Assembly: GCA_014729085.1 (NCBI GenBank)
Contig: WJKM01000011.1
Span: 46,264 to 110,263 of the forward strand
Direction of reading: 5' to 3'
Length of the DNA stretch: 64,000 nt
Source: Candidatus Dojkabacteria bacterium
GTDB taxonomy: Bacteria > Patescibacteriota > Dojkabacteria > B142 > WJKM01
Shown here: positions 18,758 through 29,040 of the stretch, one piece after another
Layout of the letters: every line of letters starts with the position of its first letter
Position numbering within the stretch: the first letter of the stretch is position 1
Notes under the pieces: model-generated
What the model was told of the DNA's origin: nothing
Databases searched by the model: none
The model's input: the letters and a program-made list of their open reading frames with translations, nothing else
Made by a program: the position numbers and the translations under genes

Positions 18758-19867
18758 CTACTTACCATATATACCTCTCCAACCTGAGATAACTTGAACT
18801 TCATTATATATATCAAACTCGTCAATTAACTCCCCTTCGACTATTTTGAAATAACCCCTACCCTTTCTTGGATCACTTACATTAAGTTCAAAAAACAAAA
18901 CTCCATTACCAACCTCTTCACCTTCTACTGTATCTTCGTAAGTATACTTGGAAGCCCAAATATCGCACGTTTCACCTAAAAAATCTAAACATCTTTTTTG
19001 TTGTCGAATCCAGGAGCCGCCAATTCCAGATATAAAAGAAAAGGTTGATCCATTAAACAAGCGGATATCGGATTGTTCATCCATATCCATATCTGAGTAC
19101 CAACTGTCTACTTCAGTTCCGGAAAAATTCACTAGTGACTTTGTCCTATGGTAAGAATGTTCATGAGCATTTGCAACAATAGCCCCAGACTCTCTACACA
19201 TTTCGTATAAATTCCACTCCATTTCATTTCCCTTACCTCCTAATTGAAGCACATGCTGCGTTTGATGCCATCCACAGAAAGTCCACAAATTGCTATTGTA
19301 CTCCAATTCGTACTCAAAAAAGGGCTCATAAACACTTTGAGAATAAGTCCGATCTTCGTCATCATTGGAATTTTTTCCTACTCCGTCTAAACCAGCAAAA
19401 ATAAATTTTACACCTTTATACTCAACCGAATATGTAGTCCCATTTGGGTCATTTTGTGATTTATTAATATATAAATCCTCATATCTTAAGTAGCGAGAAA
19501 AAAATATTTCTTTGTAACAACCTGTCTCAGTTTGACAATTCTCATCCCAAAACACATCATGATTCCCCTTTGCAACAAAAACTGGAAAGTTCTCTCCCAG
19601 TTCCTCAGAAATAATTTGCTCATATAGTTTAGGATTTGCAGGAACATTATAATCAAAATCTCCTGAAATAATTAATATGTCGGTATTCTCATCTTGAACA
19701 AGTCTCAGAATATTTCTAAATCTTTGTGTAATTGTTGTATCGCCTATAAAGGCAATCTTCAAGTCTTTAGGGGGATATGTTACAGCTCGGACTACTTTTA
19801 CTGGACTTAACAATACAAGACAGCAAATAAATGAAAAAAGTATGATTCTGCATAAAATTTTTAACAT
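18758..19867 (-). CDS. Secreted calcineurin-like metallophosphoesterase
   Basis: Signal peptide; IGD, SGDFDY, GNHD, WH, AHEHSY motifs. Confidence 0.85.
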   Translation of the reverse strand: MLKILCRIILFSFICCLVLLSPVKVVRAVTYPPKDLKIAFIGDTTITQRFRNILRLVQDENTDILIISGDFDYNVPANPKLYEQIISEELGENFPVFVAKGNHDVFWDENCQTETGCYKEIFFSRYLRYEDLYINKSQNDPNGTTYSVEYKGVKFIFAGLDGVGKNSNDDEDRTYSQSVYEPFFEYELEYNSNLWTFCGWHQTQHVLQLGGKGNEMEWNLYEMCRESGAIVANAHEHSYHRTKSLVNFSGTEVDSWYSDMDMDEQSDIRLFNGSTFSFISGIGGSWIRQQKRCLDFLGETCDIWASKYTYEDTVEGEEVGNGVLFFELNVSDPRKGRGYFKIVEGELIDEFDIYNEVQVISGWRGIYGK

Positions 19868-19896
19868 ATCTTTATTTTCATCAAAATTAGTTTTGA

Positions 19897-21063
19897 TTAG
19901 GCAATAATATACAGCTCTTTTTCAGCTCTAGTGACTGCTGTATAAAGCCATCTTTTCCACATCTCATCATCCATTTGTTTAAAACGCTCTTCGAAAAGTA
20001 TTACTCTTTTTGCCTGACTTCCCTGTGCTTTGTGAACTGTCAGAGCATATCCGAAATCAAAAAGATCTCCCTTATTAACTTTGGACCTTTTTTTTGTGAA
20101 ATTAATTTGTTCTTTATTATTGAATTGTTTTACAGAGATCAATCCTTTATATAACTTTTCTTCTCCATCCATTTCAATTTCTGCAAAATACCAGTCTTGA
20201 TCTACATTCTCCATACTGACAATAGTACCAAGCATCCCATTGTATATCTCCTTAGTAGGATTATTTCGAAGGCAGATCACCCTATCTCTAATTTCAGGTG
20301 TTGGACTCTGAAATTCCAAAGCTTGACGCACAAATTTATTTAGCTTGATCCGCGTATTATTATAACCTGAAAGTATCAACGTATCTTCGTTATAAGCTGC
20401 AAGTAATTCCTCTATTTCCTCCCTTGCAATTGAGCTATGTCTTTTAATCTTTTTTACTGTGGGGCTAAATTCATTAAAGGGAATTTCCCCTTTCTCTCGT
20501 GCTAATATCGAAAGCTTAATGATCGGATTATCCTGAATTTGTCTATGAATTTTTTCAAGTCTGAGCATGGGATCCTCCATCAAATTAAAGTTTCCGCTAA
20601 TTGGAGGAAGCTGGCCATGATCACCTACTGCTAGAATTGGAATCTTATATGAAAGAAGATCATTCCAAATCTTCCTGTCAACCATTGAAGCTTCGTCTAT
20701 AATTATTAAGTCTGCTTCCACATCATCCTTCTTGTCCCAGCCTACAATCTCTTCTCTGGAATTCAAAACGGGAGAATATATTAGAGAATGTATCGTACCA
20801 ATAAAATCTCCTTTATAATTCGCTTCTGCTTTCTTGATTTTGTATTTCAGTACTCTTGCAGCTTTACCGGTAAAACTTACAAATGCTACCTTTACTTTCT
20901 TCTTTTTTTTATATAGAATCTTTCGGAATACAGAAATTAAAGTTGTTTTACCAGTTCCAGCATATCCACCCAGAGTAATGTAAGCCTTCTTCGGTTTTTC
21001 AGAATCCACCCACTTAAGTAGTTTTTTAAGAATCGGTTTTTTATCCGCTGATAATTTGATCAC
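19897..21063 (-). CDS. RecD/Dda-like SF1B ATP-dependent helicase
   Basis: GYAGTGKT, IIDEASM, VGDHGQLPP, HRQ, YALTVHKAQGSQ, LYTAVTRA. Confidence 0.9.
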   Translation of the reverse strand: MIKLSADKKPILKKLLKWVDSEKPKKAYITLGGYAGTGKTTLISVFRKILYKKKKKVKVAFVSFTGKAARVLKYKIKKAEANYKGDFIGTIHSLIYSPVLNSREEIVGWDKKDDVEADLIIIDEASMVDRKIWNDLLSYKIPILAVGDHGQLPPISGNFNLMEDPMLRLEKIHRQIQDNPIIKLSILAREKGEIPFNEFSPTVKKIKRHSSIAREEIEELLAAYNEDTLILSGYNNTRIKLNKFVRQALEFQSPTPEIRDRVICLRNNPTKEIYNGMLGTIVSMENVDQDWYFAEIEMDGEEKLYKGLISVKQFNNKEQINFTKKRSKVNKGDLFDFGYALTVHKAQGSQAKRVILFEERFKQMDDEMWKRWLYTAVTRAEKELYIIA

Positions 21064-21211
21064 AAAAGTTTACTATAAATAAATAATAACACGAGTTATA
21101 ATAACATGAAGAATATATTTTTGGGGTAATAACAAAGACTAACCAAACACAAACTTTAACTTAACAACATTTAATTCTGACAAACTTCTCTCCCGGATTT
21201 ACCTGTATCTG

Positions 21212-21585
21212 TTATTCGCAATCTTTTAAAAGTATAGGAAGATATAAACTTAGGGGTTCTTGATATGCAACATATATTCCAAGACTTTCATTTGCAAACA
21301 AAATATCAAAAAAAGCAAACCCATAGGGATTTAAATCCTCTATAATAGCCTCAGAAGTAAAATCTTCTGCTCGCCCCAAAAAATCTCAACACCACCAGGT
21401 TGATTCAATGTATCATATGAACTTAGTACAACATAATCCAGAAAGCCATCATTATTGAAATCCCCGACTCCTCCCGTCCAATTATCAACCCAAGTTGTAC
21501 TTCGGAAATCCTCCTCCTGTCCAACATATCCTTCAAGAAATTCACTCCATCTATAAATATCCGTCGTACTCTCATCGTTAAAACC
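21212..21585 (-). pseudogene. Frameshifted fragment of an FG-GAP/VCBS-repeat secreted protein
   Basis: Minus strand reads ...GGVGDFNNDGFLDYVV...GVEIF, frameshifts in a T6 run (~21378-21383), then GRAEDF...SLYLPILLKDCE*; no start codon. Confidence 0.6.
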
Positions 21586-21696
21586 TCATTAAAAATAAGG
21601 ACTGGAGGATGAACTTTAACCGTATGAATATTTCATTAGAATGTCACCAATTATCTACCTAAGATTTATAAAGAAAGAAATATTTCTGAATTGATT

Positions 21697-22857
21697 TCAA
21701 CCTTTAATGACGGCTAAAGGTTCTAATTCAACTAGAATTTCAACGAGATCTTTTTGTTGCTTCATAACCATACTTATGTTTTTATATGCACCGGGTGCTT
21801 CATCCAAATCCCGACTACCCCTAATACTATGCAACACGCCTTTCTCCTCAAGTTTCTTCACTTCCCGACTTAAATTTAATTTCCTTCTTGCCTCTCTTCT
21901 TCCCATCTTTCTTCCAGAACCATGAGAACAAGACCTAAAACTTTCTGGATTCCCTTTGCCTTTTACAATATAACTATTAGCTCCTTGAGATCCCGGTATA
22001 ATCCCAAGCTGATCCATTTTTGCTTGAGTTGCCCCTTTTCTATGAACCCACACACTCTTTCCAAAATGATTTTCGTTAGCTGCATAGTTGTGGGCTATAT
22101 TGATAAGTTCATCAAAATCACAACCTCCAGTTTCCTCAGAAAATATTTCTTTTATTCTTTCCATCATGAGTTTCCGATTGCCAAGAGCAAAATTCACGCA
22201 AAACTTCATTTCGTCATAATACTTCATACCTTCTTTGGAGTCGACTGGAAGATAGTCTAGTTGCCACTTAATAGGTACTTTACTTTTGTACTTACCTCTA
22301 TTTCTTTTAGCAACTTTATTATAGTGTTCAGCCACCTGAAGACCTATATTTCTGCTACCAGAGTGCACCATCAGCCAAATATAGCCATCATCTCCTTTTT
22401 GTATTTCAATAAAATGATTACCGCCTCCCAAAGTACCGATTTGTTTCAAAGCTTTTTGATACTCCCTTTTAACGATTTCTGTCCCTTCAGGTCCTCTCGG
22501 CATCCGGTGTTCAGCCTGTTTTTGCTTGTGATGTTTAAAACCAAGTGGAACTCTTGCCCTAATACCGCTCATTATCTTTTTCAGTGTATTATTATCTATC
22601 TGTTTTTTAGAGGTTTTTACAGCACACATTCCACATCCTATATCAACTCCTACTGCATTTGGGATGATCACGTCTTCAGTTGCCATTACCCCGCCGATAG
22701 GCATTCCATAACCTACATGAGCATCAGACATAATAGCAATATGATGAAAAGCAAATGGATGATTAGCTAGATTTTTAGTCTGCTGCAACGCACCTTCTTC
22801 AATCTCTGTAAGCCACATTTTAATTGGAATCTGCTCAGTATTGATTATTTTCTCCAT
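21697..22857 (-). CDS. rtcB: RtcB family RNA 3'-phosphate ligase
   Basis: DAHVGYGMPIG, VGVDIGCG, GTLGGGNHFIE, HSGSR, HRKGA, SHGSGR, DEAPGAYK; probable start MEKIIN. Confidence 0.95.
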   Translation of the reverse strand: MEKIINTEQIPIKMWLTEIEEGALQQTKNLANHPFAFHHIAIMSDAHVGYGMPIGGVMATEDVIIPNAVGVDIGCGMCAVKTSKKQIDNNTLKKIMSGIRARVPLGFKHHKQKQAEHRMPRGPEGTEIVKREYQKALKQIGTLGGGNHFIEIQKGDDGYIWLMVHSGSRNIGLQVAEHYNKVAKRNRGKYKSKVPIKWQLDYLPVDSKEGMKYYDEMKFCVNFALGNRKLMMERIKEIFSEETGGCDFDELINIAHNYAANENHFGKSVWVHRKGATQAKMDQLGIIPGSQGANSYIVKGKGNPESFRSCSHGSGRKMGRREARRKLNLSREVKKLEEKGVLHSIRGSRDLDEAPGAYKNISMVMKQQKDLVEILVELEPLAVIKG

Positions 22858-22983
22858 ACAAAATTTTGTTAATCTGAAATATATCTTAATAATATGAATA
22901 AACATAAAAGATGACAAGTTTACATGTCATGAAAAAAATCATAATATTAAAATAGCAACAATTTAAATTTTTATAACTAGTTC

Positions 22984-23157
22984 ATGAAAGTCGAGATTTT
23001 TTACCAAGAAACTGCTGACAGGCCTACTTTCCAAGACATTATCAATAAGTGGCTTGAAGAACATAAAGATATTAAAGTGAAAGATATTAAAATTGAAATG
23101 GAAAATTCAGGTGAAATTGAAAAATTTTTAGCAATGATTATTTATGAAGAAAAATAA
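22984..23157 (+). CDS. Small protein, Cse60/DUF2758-like (absent from ORF track)
   Basis: MKVEIFYQETADRPTFQDIINKWLEEHKDIKVKDIKIEMENSGEIEKFLAMIIYEEK* (57 aa); V.IF...IN.WL...DIK...AMIIY pattern. Confidence 0.6.
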   Translation: MKVEIFYQETADRPTFQDIINKWLEEHKDIKVKDIKIEMENSGEIEKFLAMIIYEEK

Positions 23158-23226
23158 ATCTCATATAGACTTGCTATAATCTATGAATCCTCGAATATAG
23201 ATTAATTTTGTATTCTCGTAATTAGT

Positions 23227-24099
23227 ATGTGGATTTTATTTACATTTGCTGCTGCAATTTCTCGAACATTAACCAATATTTTTGGTAAATTCGGTTTAAA
23301 ATCATCTAATGAATACATTTCTGCTATTTTTCTACATATTTTCAAAGCAATTCTGATTCTGCCTCTAGTTCTAATACTGGGAATACCAGTTTTGACAACC
23401 AATTTTTGGATTAGTAATCTGGCATTCTTATTCCTCACTCCTTTATCTTCGATTTTATTTATGAAAGCACTGAAAGATTCGCCTTTATCTGTGTCTCAGC
23501 CGATGATGGCTTTTAATCCAATTTTTACTGCTCTGCTTAATCATTTCTTTAAAAGGGAACCAATAGACACCAGTGGGTGGCTAGGAATAATTCTAATTAG
23601 CTTGGGATTATATTTAATTAATTTTAAAATCTCAATGCTCAAAAAAAGCATCTTCGAGCCCTTAAAATATCTTCTTAAGGATAAGGGAGCTCAAGCGATG
23701 CTGGGAGTTGCCTTCATTTGGAGTTTAAGTGCCCATTTTGGGAAAATGAGAATTGAAGGCTCTAATTTGGTATTCTCAATCTTTATAAGTGGTTTGATTG
23801 GTGTTTTATCAACAGCGTCTATATTTATTCTTAAAAAAAGAAATAGCTCAAAAATAGAAAGAATAAAAATAAAGAACGTTAAGGGCTTGTCTCTAATTGG
23901 CTTTGCTAACTTTTTGGATTCTGTGAGTTCAAACCTAGCTTTACAATACGGACCGGTTCCTTATGCATCTGCCATAAAAAGATCTGGTATAGTATTAAGT
24001 GTGCTTGCAGGAAAATATATCTTTAAAGAGGATCTAAACTGGTTAAAATTGTTTTCGATTCTTATAATATTTGTAGGTATTGTCTTGATAATTTTATAA
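23227..24099 (+). CDS. EamA/DMT family transporter
   Basis: About 10 TM; KALK.SPLS...P, YASAIKR, two-repeat structure. Confidence 0.85.
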   Translation: MWILFTFAAAISRTLTNIFGKFGLKSSNEYISAIFLHIFKAILILPLVLILGIPVLTTNFWISNLAFLFLTPLSSILFMKALKDSPLSVSQPMMAFNPIFTALLNHFFKREPIDTSGWLGIILISLGLYLINFKISMLKKSIFEPLKYLLKDKGAQAMLGVAFIWSLSAHFGKMRIEGSNLVFSIFISGLIGVLSTASIFILKKRNSSKIERIKIKNVKGLSLIGFANFLDSVSSNLALQYGPVPYASAIKRSGIVLSVLAGKYIFKEDLNWLKLFSILIIFVGIVLIIL

Positions 24100-24124
24100 T
24101 TGATTTACAAGGCCACAATTACCT

Positions 24125-24370
24125 TTACCATGCACAATTTCCCCTAACTGGACAACCCATACAAGGTAAACCAATTATTTTTTCCACATCCCAAACTCCT
24201 CCATCGGGAATTATGTCTACAAGCAAAGTTCCTCTAGGTAAAAGCCCGCATCCTTTCGGCATATTAAATATTACCTCCCCTTCTTCTGTTTGAATAGTGG
24301 CATATTGATTTCCACTTCCATCAGGCCAAGTACTGACTGAATCGACTTCACCAAACACCCAGTGTTCCAT
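24125..24370 (-). CDS. Small hypothetical protein with C-terminal CxxC...C
   Basis: 81-aa ORF filling the gap; PCMGCPVRGNC. Confidence 0.5.
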   Translation of the reverse strand: MEHWVFGEVDSVSTWPDGSGNQYATIQTEEGEVIFNMPKGCGLLPRGTLLVDIIPDGGVWDVEKIIGLPCMGCPVRGNCAW

Positions 24371-24435
24371 CTTATATATTTAAAAATTAACTTCTTCTAT
24401 CTAATAAGACGTTAGTTGAAAAACATTGTTACATT

Positions 24436-25524
24436 TCAAAATTCAGATAAACTTGGCAAGCCTTCATTAGTAAGTTGAATTGGAATCAGTCGTGTTTGAT
24501 AATTTCCATTACCTTCGATACTCATTTCAAGCATATTACCCTTGCCCGAACCATCTCCTCTATGCGGCATTTGATCAAAAGCAAAGTTACCTAAAGAATA
24601 ATAAATATACTTCCCTTCATAGACCTCAAATCCTTGTATTACATGGGGATGAGCGCCAACTATTAAGTCGGCCCCTGCATCGATCATTTTCTGGGCTTTT
24701 ATTTGTTGGTCACCTGAAAACTCTCTGCTATATTCTGTTCCCCAGTGAGTAACAACGATTGTAACATCAGCAGTATCCTCGGCTTCTGTAATTGAATCGA
24801 ATAAATAATCCTCCTGATACCATGCAGTTCCAGCAGAATCTTCTCCTGCTTTAGTCACCCACGATTCCGGCTCATTAAAAGCAAGTAATGCAATGGAAAT
24901 TCCATTCCTTTGAATTATCAATGGAGCAAATGCTGCTTTCCGGTCCCTTCCGCCTCCAAAATACCTTATCTCTGAATTATCAAGTCTTTGGATCATATCC
25001 AAAAATGCGTTATTGCCATAGTCCATCGTATGATTATTAGAAAGAGAAACTATGTCTACTCCTGAAAGTTCGAGTGTACTAATCGCCCTAACTGGTGCTT
25101 GAAATGTGAATTTCTTTCCCGCAAAAGGAGCACCTCTATCTGAAACTACACACTCCAGGTTCAAGATAACAAAATCATATTTAATAAATTCATCTTTTAC
25201 ATATTTGAAAGGATTCTCTCCAGTTATAATCATATCTCCTATCGATCTTGCAAGCATGGTATCTCCGGCAAATAATATAGTTACTTCTTGCTGTACTTCT
25301 TCTGTAATTTGAGGATTGTCATAATCTAACTGCTTAGATAACTTACTTGTTATTTGCGGTATATTTTGGGGGGTTATAAAGTCTATATCGTTACTATTAA
25401 CCTCTGTCTTATTCTCAGTCAATTTTATAAAAACAAAAAATACTGAAACAATAATTGCTATGAAGAAAAAAAGAGCAATATTTATTATTGTCCTGATACT
25501 CGTATTCTTACGTTGCTCTTTCAT
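24436..25524 (-). CDS. CapA family (PGA_cap) metallophosphatase-fold protein
   Basis: N-terminal TM; AGD, NLE, SNNH..DYG, HWG.EY, GAHPHV, YSLGNF. Confidence 0.9.
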   Translation of the reverse strand: MKEQRKNTSIRTIINIALFFFIAIIVSVFFVFIKLTENKTEVNSNDIDFITPQNIPQITSKLSKQLDYDNPQITEEVQQEVTILFAGDTMLARSIGDMIITGENPFKYVKDEFIKYDFVILNLECVVSDRGAPFAGKKFTFQAPVRAISTLELSGVDIVSLSNNHTMDYGNNAFLDMIQRLDNSEIRYFGGGRDRKAAFAPLIIQRNGISIALLAFNEPESWVTKAGEDSAGTAWYQEDYLFDSITEAEDTADVTIVVTHWGTEYSREFSGDQQIKAQKMIDAGADLIVGAHPHVIQGFEVYEGKYIYYSLGNFAFDQMPHRGDGSGKGNMLEMSIEGNGNYQTRLIPIQLTNEGLPSLSEF

Positions 25525-25585
25525 GAAAGTAAGTTTAAGATATAATTACATTATAATACTAAGTGATAATTATTAAATTAGCTAC

Positions 25586-26263
25586 ATGAAAATTCTAGTT
25601 GTTGAGGATGAGGATACAATCAGGGAAGTGGTCGCTGCCTACTTAAACCAAGCAGGCTTTACAACTATGGAGGCAGAGGATGGTGAAAAAGCTTTAGAAT
25701 TATTAGATAAGAACAGTTTCGATTTAATTGTTCTTGATCTAAACCTACCAAAGGTTGATGGAATTGAGGTATGTAAAACTGTCAGAAAAACTTCAAAGAT
25801 TCCAATTATAATGCTAACTGCTAGGGTAGAAGAAATTGATGAACTTATTGGCTTAGAATCTGGAGCAGATGACTACGTCAAAAAACCATTTAAGCCATCT
25901 GTTTTAGTAGCCAGAATAAAAGCCCTTCTTAGAAGAACTAAAAGTTCAGAAGAAAAGATTAAGGTTGGAGAACTAATAATTGATCCTGAAAAAATGAAAA
26001 TCAAAAAAAATGAGGATTCTCTTGAATTTACAACTACCCAATTTAATATTCTTTATACTCTTGCAAAAGAACCAGGAAAAGTTTTTACTAGGGACAAACT
26101 TTTAGATAGTGCATATGATTCTTCCCTCCCCCCCGATATCTTAGATAGAACCATTGATGCACATATTAAAGCAATTAGGAAAAAAATCGAGGAAAATACC
26201 CGTAAACCAAAATACATTCTGACTGTAATAGGAAAAGGCTACAAATTTAGTGAGGAAGTTTGA
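25586..26263 (+). CDS. OmpR-family response regulator
   Basis: VVEDE, LDLNLP.VDG, MLTAR, GADDY.KKPF, DRTIDAHI, TV.GKGY. Confidence 0.95.
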   Translation: MKILVVEDEDTIREVVAAYLNQAGFTTMEAEDGEKALELLDKNSFDLIVLDLNLPKVDGIEVCKTVRKTSKIPIIMLTARVEEIDELIGLESGADDYVKKPFKPSVLVARIKALLRRTKSSEEKIKVGELIIDPEKMKIKKNEDSLEFTTTQFNILYTLAKEPGKVFTRDKLLDSAYDSSLPPDILDRTIDAHIKAIRKKIEENTRKPKYILTVIGKGYKFSEEV

Positions 26264-26378
26264 TTAACAACATGACGAATTTTGTCTTTCATTCTTCTAT
26301 ACTTCATTCCAATTTCACACCAACATTGTATAATTGTTACACTAACAAATTTATATATTTCAGACTTTTTAACTGACA

Positions 26379-27464
26379 ATGTTCAAATCAACCTCCTCAA
26401 AAATAATACTTGGTATAGTTGCTGTAACATCAGCTATTTTGATGTTTGTAAGTACAGTCACTATCTATAGAACTGAAAAAGAATTGGGAAGATTTATAGA
26501 GAACAGGCCTATTCTATTTAAAATACTACGCAAAGCCCCTGATCCAGCTGCAGTCAAGCTAGAAAGAGAGTTTAAAAGAAATCTATATACAACAATTACC
26601 TTTGCCAATATTCTAGGTTTTGGACTTGCAGTAATTGCAGGCACAATAATAGCAAAGCAAATTACAAAACCCCTTTCTGAACTGGAAAAAGGCATAAAAA
26701 AATTAAAGAAGAATAAGTATAAATTTAAACTAAAACATACAGATGTCGAAGAGTTTGATATTGTAATAGATGAATTTAATAATCTGATAAAGGAACTTGA
26801 TAGAGTTGAAAAACTAAGGCAGGATCTTGTTTCTGATGTATCCCACGAACTTAAAACTCCGTTGACTTCCATTCTCGGACAATTGGAAGGTATCCTAGAT
26901 CAGCTTTTTGATCCTGATCCCAAACGTATAAAAACTATAAAAAAACAGGTCGAAAGACTTTCCGAAATGGTGGAAAAGCTTCAGGATTATACTCGAATTA
27001 GATCTAAAACAGCTGACTTAAAACTTCAAAATATCAAAATTCATAAAATCTTTAGTGAGGTAGAAAACATGTATAGCCAACAACTCAAGAATAAAAATAT
27101 ACGATTTGTGTGTAATATCGACACAGATCTTACAATTCGAACAGATAAACTATTGTTGTTGAGAGTTATAACTAACCTTATTGACAACGCAATTAAATAC
27201 TCTGGTGGAAATGAAATTATATGCAAAGCGGATAAAGAAAAAATAGTAATAGAAGATAACGGTATTGGAATTGATGAAAAGCATCTGGATTTAATTTTTG
27301 AAAGATTTTATCGAGTTGAAAAATCAAGAAGTAGGAAAACGGGGGGTTTGGGTCTTGGCCTATCTATTGTAAAAGAAATTGTTGAAGCTCATGGATGGGA
27401 AATACATGCAGAACGGGTGAAAAATAATAATGGAGTCCGCTTTATCATCCACCTAAAAAACTAA
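26379..27464 (+). CDS. Sensor histidine kinase (HAMP, HisKA, HATPase; BaeS-like)
   Basis: 2 TM; SHELKTPLT, NLIDNAIKY, DNGIGI, FERFYR, GLGLGLSI. Confidence 0.95.
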   Translation: MFKSTSSKIILGIVAVTSAILMFVSTVTIYRTEKELGRFIENRPILFKILRKAPDPAAVKLEREFKRNLYTTITFANILGFGLAVIAGTIIAKQITKPLSELEKGIKKLKKNKYKFKLKHTDVEEFDIVIDEFNNLIKELDRVEKLRQDLVSDVSHELKTPLTSILGQLEGILDQLFDPDPKRIKTIKKQVERLSEMVEKLQDYTRIRSKTADLKLQNIKIHKIFSEVENMYSQQLKNKNIRFVCNIDTDLTIRTDKLLLLRVITNLIDNAIKYSGGNEIICKADKEKIVIEDNGIGIDEKHLDLIFERFYRVEKSRSRKTGGLGLGLSIVKEIVEAHGWEIHAERVKNNNGVRFIIHLKN

Positions 27465-27511
27465 GTGAATAGCAGGTTAGTTTTGCTTTTACCTTATTTA
27501 TGTTATTTTAA

Positions 27512-28192
27512 ATAACACAAACTATTACAAATTATCGGTATAAAAAAAAGAAAGGATTCTCATTAGTCGAACTTCTAGTTACAATGGCAATAATAGCGGT
27601 ACTGATATCGATTGCCGCATATGGAATTCAAATTATACAAAGAAATGCACGTAATACAAAAAGAAGAAAAGTAGTTGAAGACTTAGCACTTACAGTCGCA
27701 GATATTCAAACAAACTATTTTTTATACCCAGAAAGCCTTACTGTTTCTTTTTATAAGACTAATAACAATAACCTCTTAAATTATATTGCAGATTATTATT
27801 CGGTAAACGCTAAGGAAAAACAAGACACAATTGCCAGAGTCGATATCTATACCAGGCCTCCCGAACACATTAATCCTATAGATCCAATAATTGGCACAGT
27901 ACCTCCCAAGACTAAACCTTCATCAAGTGATGTTCCTCAACCAGTAGAGACTAAGCCTCCTTCAGGACAAACAGGTACCAAACTCTCATTCAAACTTGGA
28001 GACGGAGCCAATGTCGGAGAGTATGAAATCAAGGCCTTTAATACAGCAACCGTAAGGAGTCAGAGCGGTGCATGCGATTCAATGCAGGAAGAAACAAATG
28101 AAAATGTAATAAACGTCTGTTATGATCCAAATAATTTGAAGCTAGGTGTCAATTTAGAGAGCAACACAACCGGTTATGTAACAGACATATAA
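27512..28192 (+). CDS. Type IV pilin-like protein with prepilin N-methylation motif (start uncertain)
   Basis: In frame upstream of ATG 27584: KKKKG|FSLVELLVTMAIIAVLISIA, then ARNTKR; in-frame TAA at 27509. Confidence 0.8.
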   Translation: MTQTITNYRYKKKKGFSLVELLVTMAIIAVLISIAAYGIQIIQRNARNTKRRKVVEDLALTVADIQTNYFLYPESLTVSFYKTNNNNLLNYIADYYSVNAKEKQDTIARVDIYTRPPEHINPIDPIIGTVPPKTKPSSSDVPQPVETKPPSGQTGTKLSFKLGDGANVGEYEIKAFNTATVRSQSGACDSMQEETNENVINVCYDPNNLKLGVNLESNTTGYVTDI

Positions 28193-28359
28193 AAGTTGTA
28201 TACTAGCCCAAATTAGTAATCTGCATTTTCTCCCAATATTCTTTTGATTTTCATATTACCTTCATATTTTCTTTTTATGATTTTATCAACAAAGCTTAAA
28301 TTTATATTTTAGAGCTCAAGTTTAAGTTTTGAAAATAATTTATTTTTTACTTAATTCAA

Positions 28360-29025
28360 ATGAGAACAAAAGCCACAATATTAGCTGTAACAGCTTCAGT
28401 CATCGTTCTTGGTACAGCATTTCTAGGTTATAGTGTAGTATCTGCGCAAGAGGCTGACACATCTTCCATACTGTCAAAAGTAGCACAAATTCTCAATATC
28501 AGTGAGGAAGATCTTACAAATGCTTTCAAACAGGCAAAAATAGATGAAGTTAATTCCAAAGTTGAATCTGGAGAATTAGATGCAGACAAAGCAGCAGAAA
28601 TTATTGAACGAATAGAAAATTCTGAATTCTTTGGTTTTGGTCAACATAGAAAAAGAAAAGGACGAAGAGAATATGTAAAGCCAGGTATCAAGGATGTCAT
28701 GGATTTTCTCGGAATAGATTTTGAAGAAGCAATGCAATACAGACACGAGGGGAAAACACCTGCTGAAATTGCAGAAGAAAAAGGTGTATCTTACGAGGAA
28801 TTAAAAAGTTTTGTGATATCAGAAATCAAAGAAGCTGCAGACAAAGCTTTGGAAGACGGAACAATAGATCAAGAAAAGCATGACAAGATTTATGAAAATG
28901 CTGAAGAAAGAGCAGAAATGATGTTGAATCATGAACCTAAAAATAGAGGCTTTGGACCTATGAATGATAAAGGCAATCCCTCCCAACCTGATATGCATAA
29001 CCAGGCGTTTAACTTAGAAGTATAA
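28360..29025 (+). CDS. Secreted helical hypothetical protein
   Basis: Signal peptide ending VSA; VAQILNISEEDL, G.L...A and GKT.AEIA.E.G repeats. Confidence 0.7.
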   Translation: MRTKATILAVTASVIVLGTAFLGYSVVSAQEADTSSILSKVAQILNISEEDLTNAFKQAKIDEVNSKVESGELDADKAAEIIERIENSEFFGFGQHRKRKGRREYVKPGIKDVMDFLGIDFEEAMQYRHEGKTPAEIAEEKGVSYEELKSFVISEIKEAADKALEDGTIDQEKHDKIYENAEERAEMMLNHEPKNRGFGPMNDKGNPSQPDMHNQAFNLEV

Positions 29026-29040
29026 TACGACTTTAAAATA

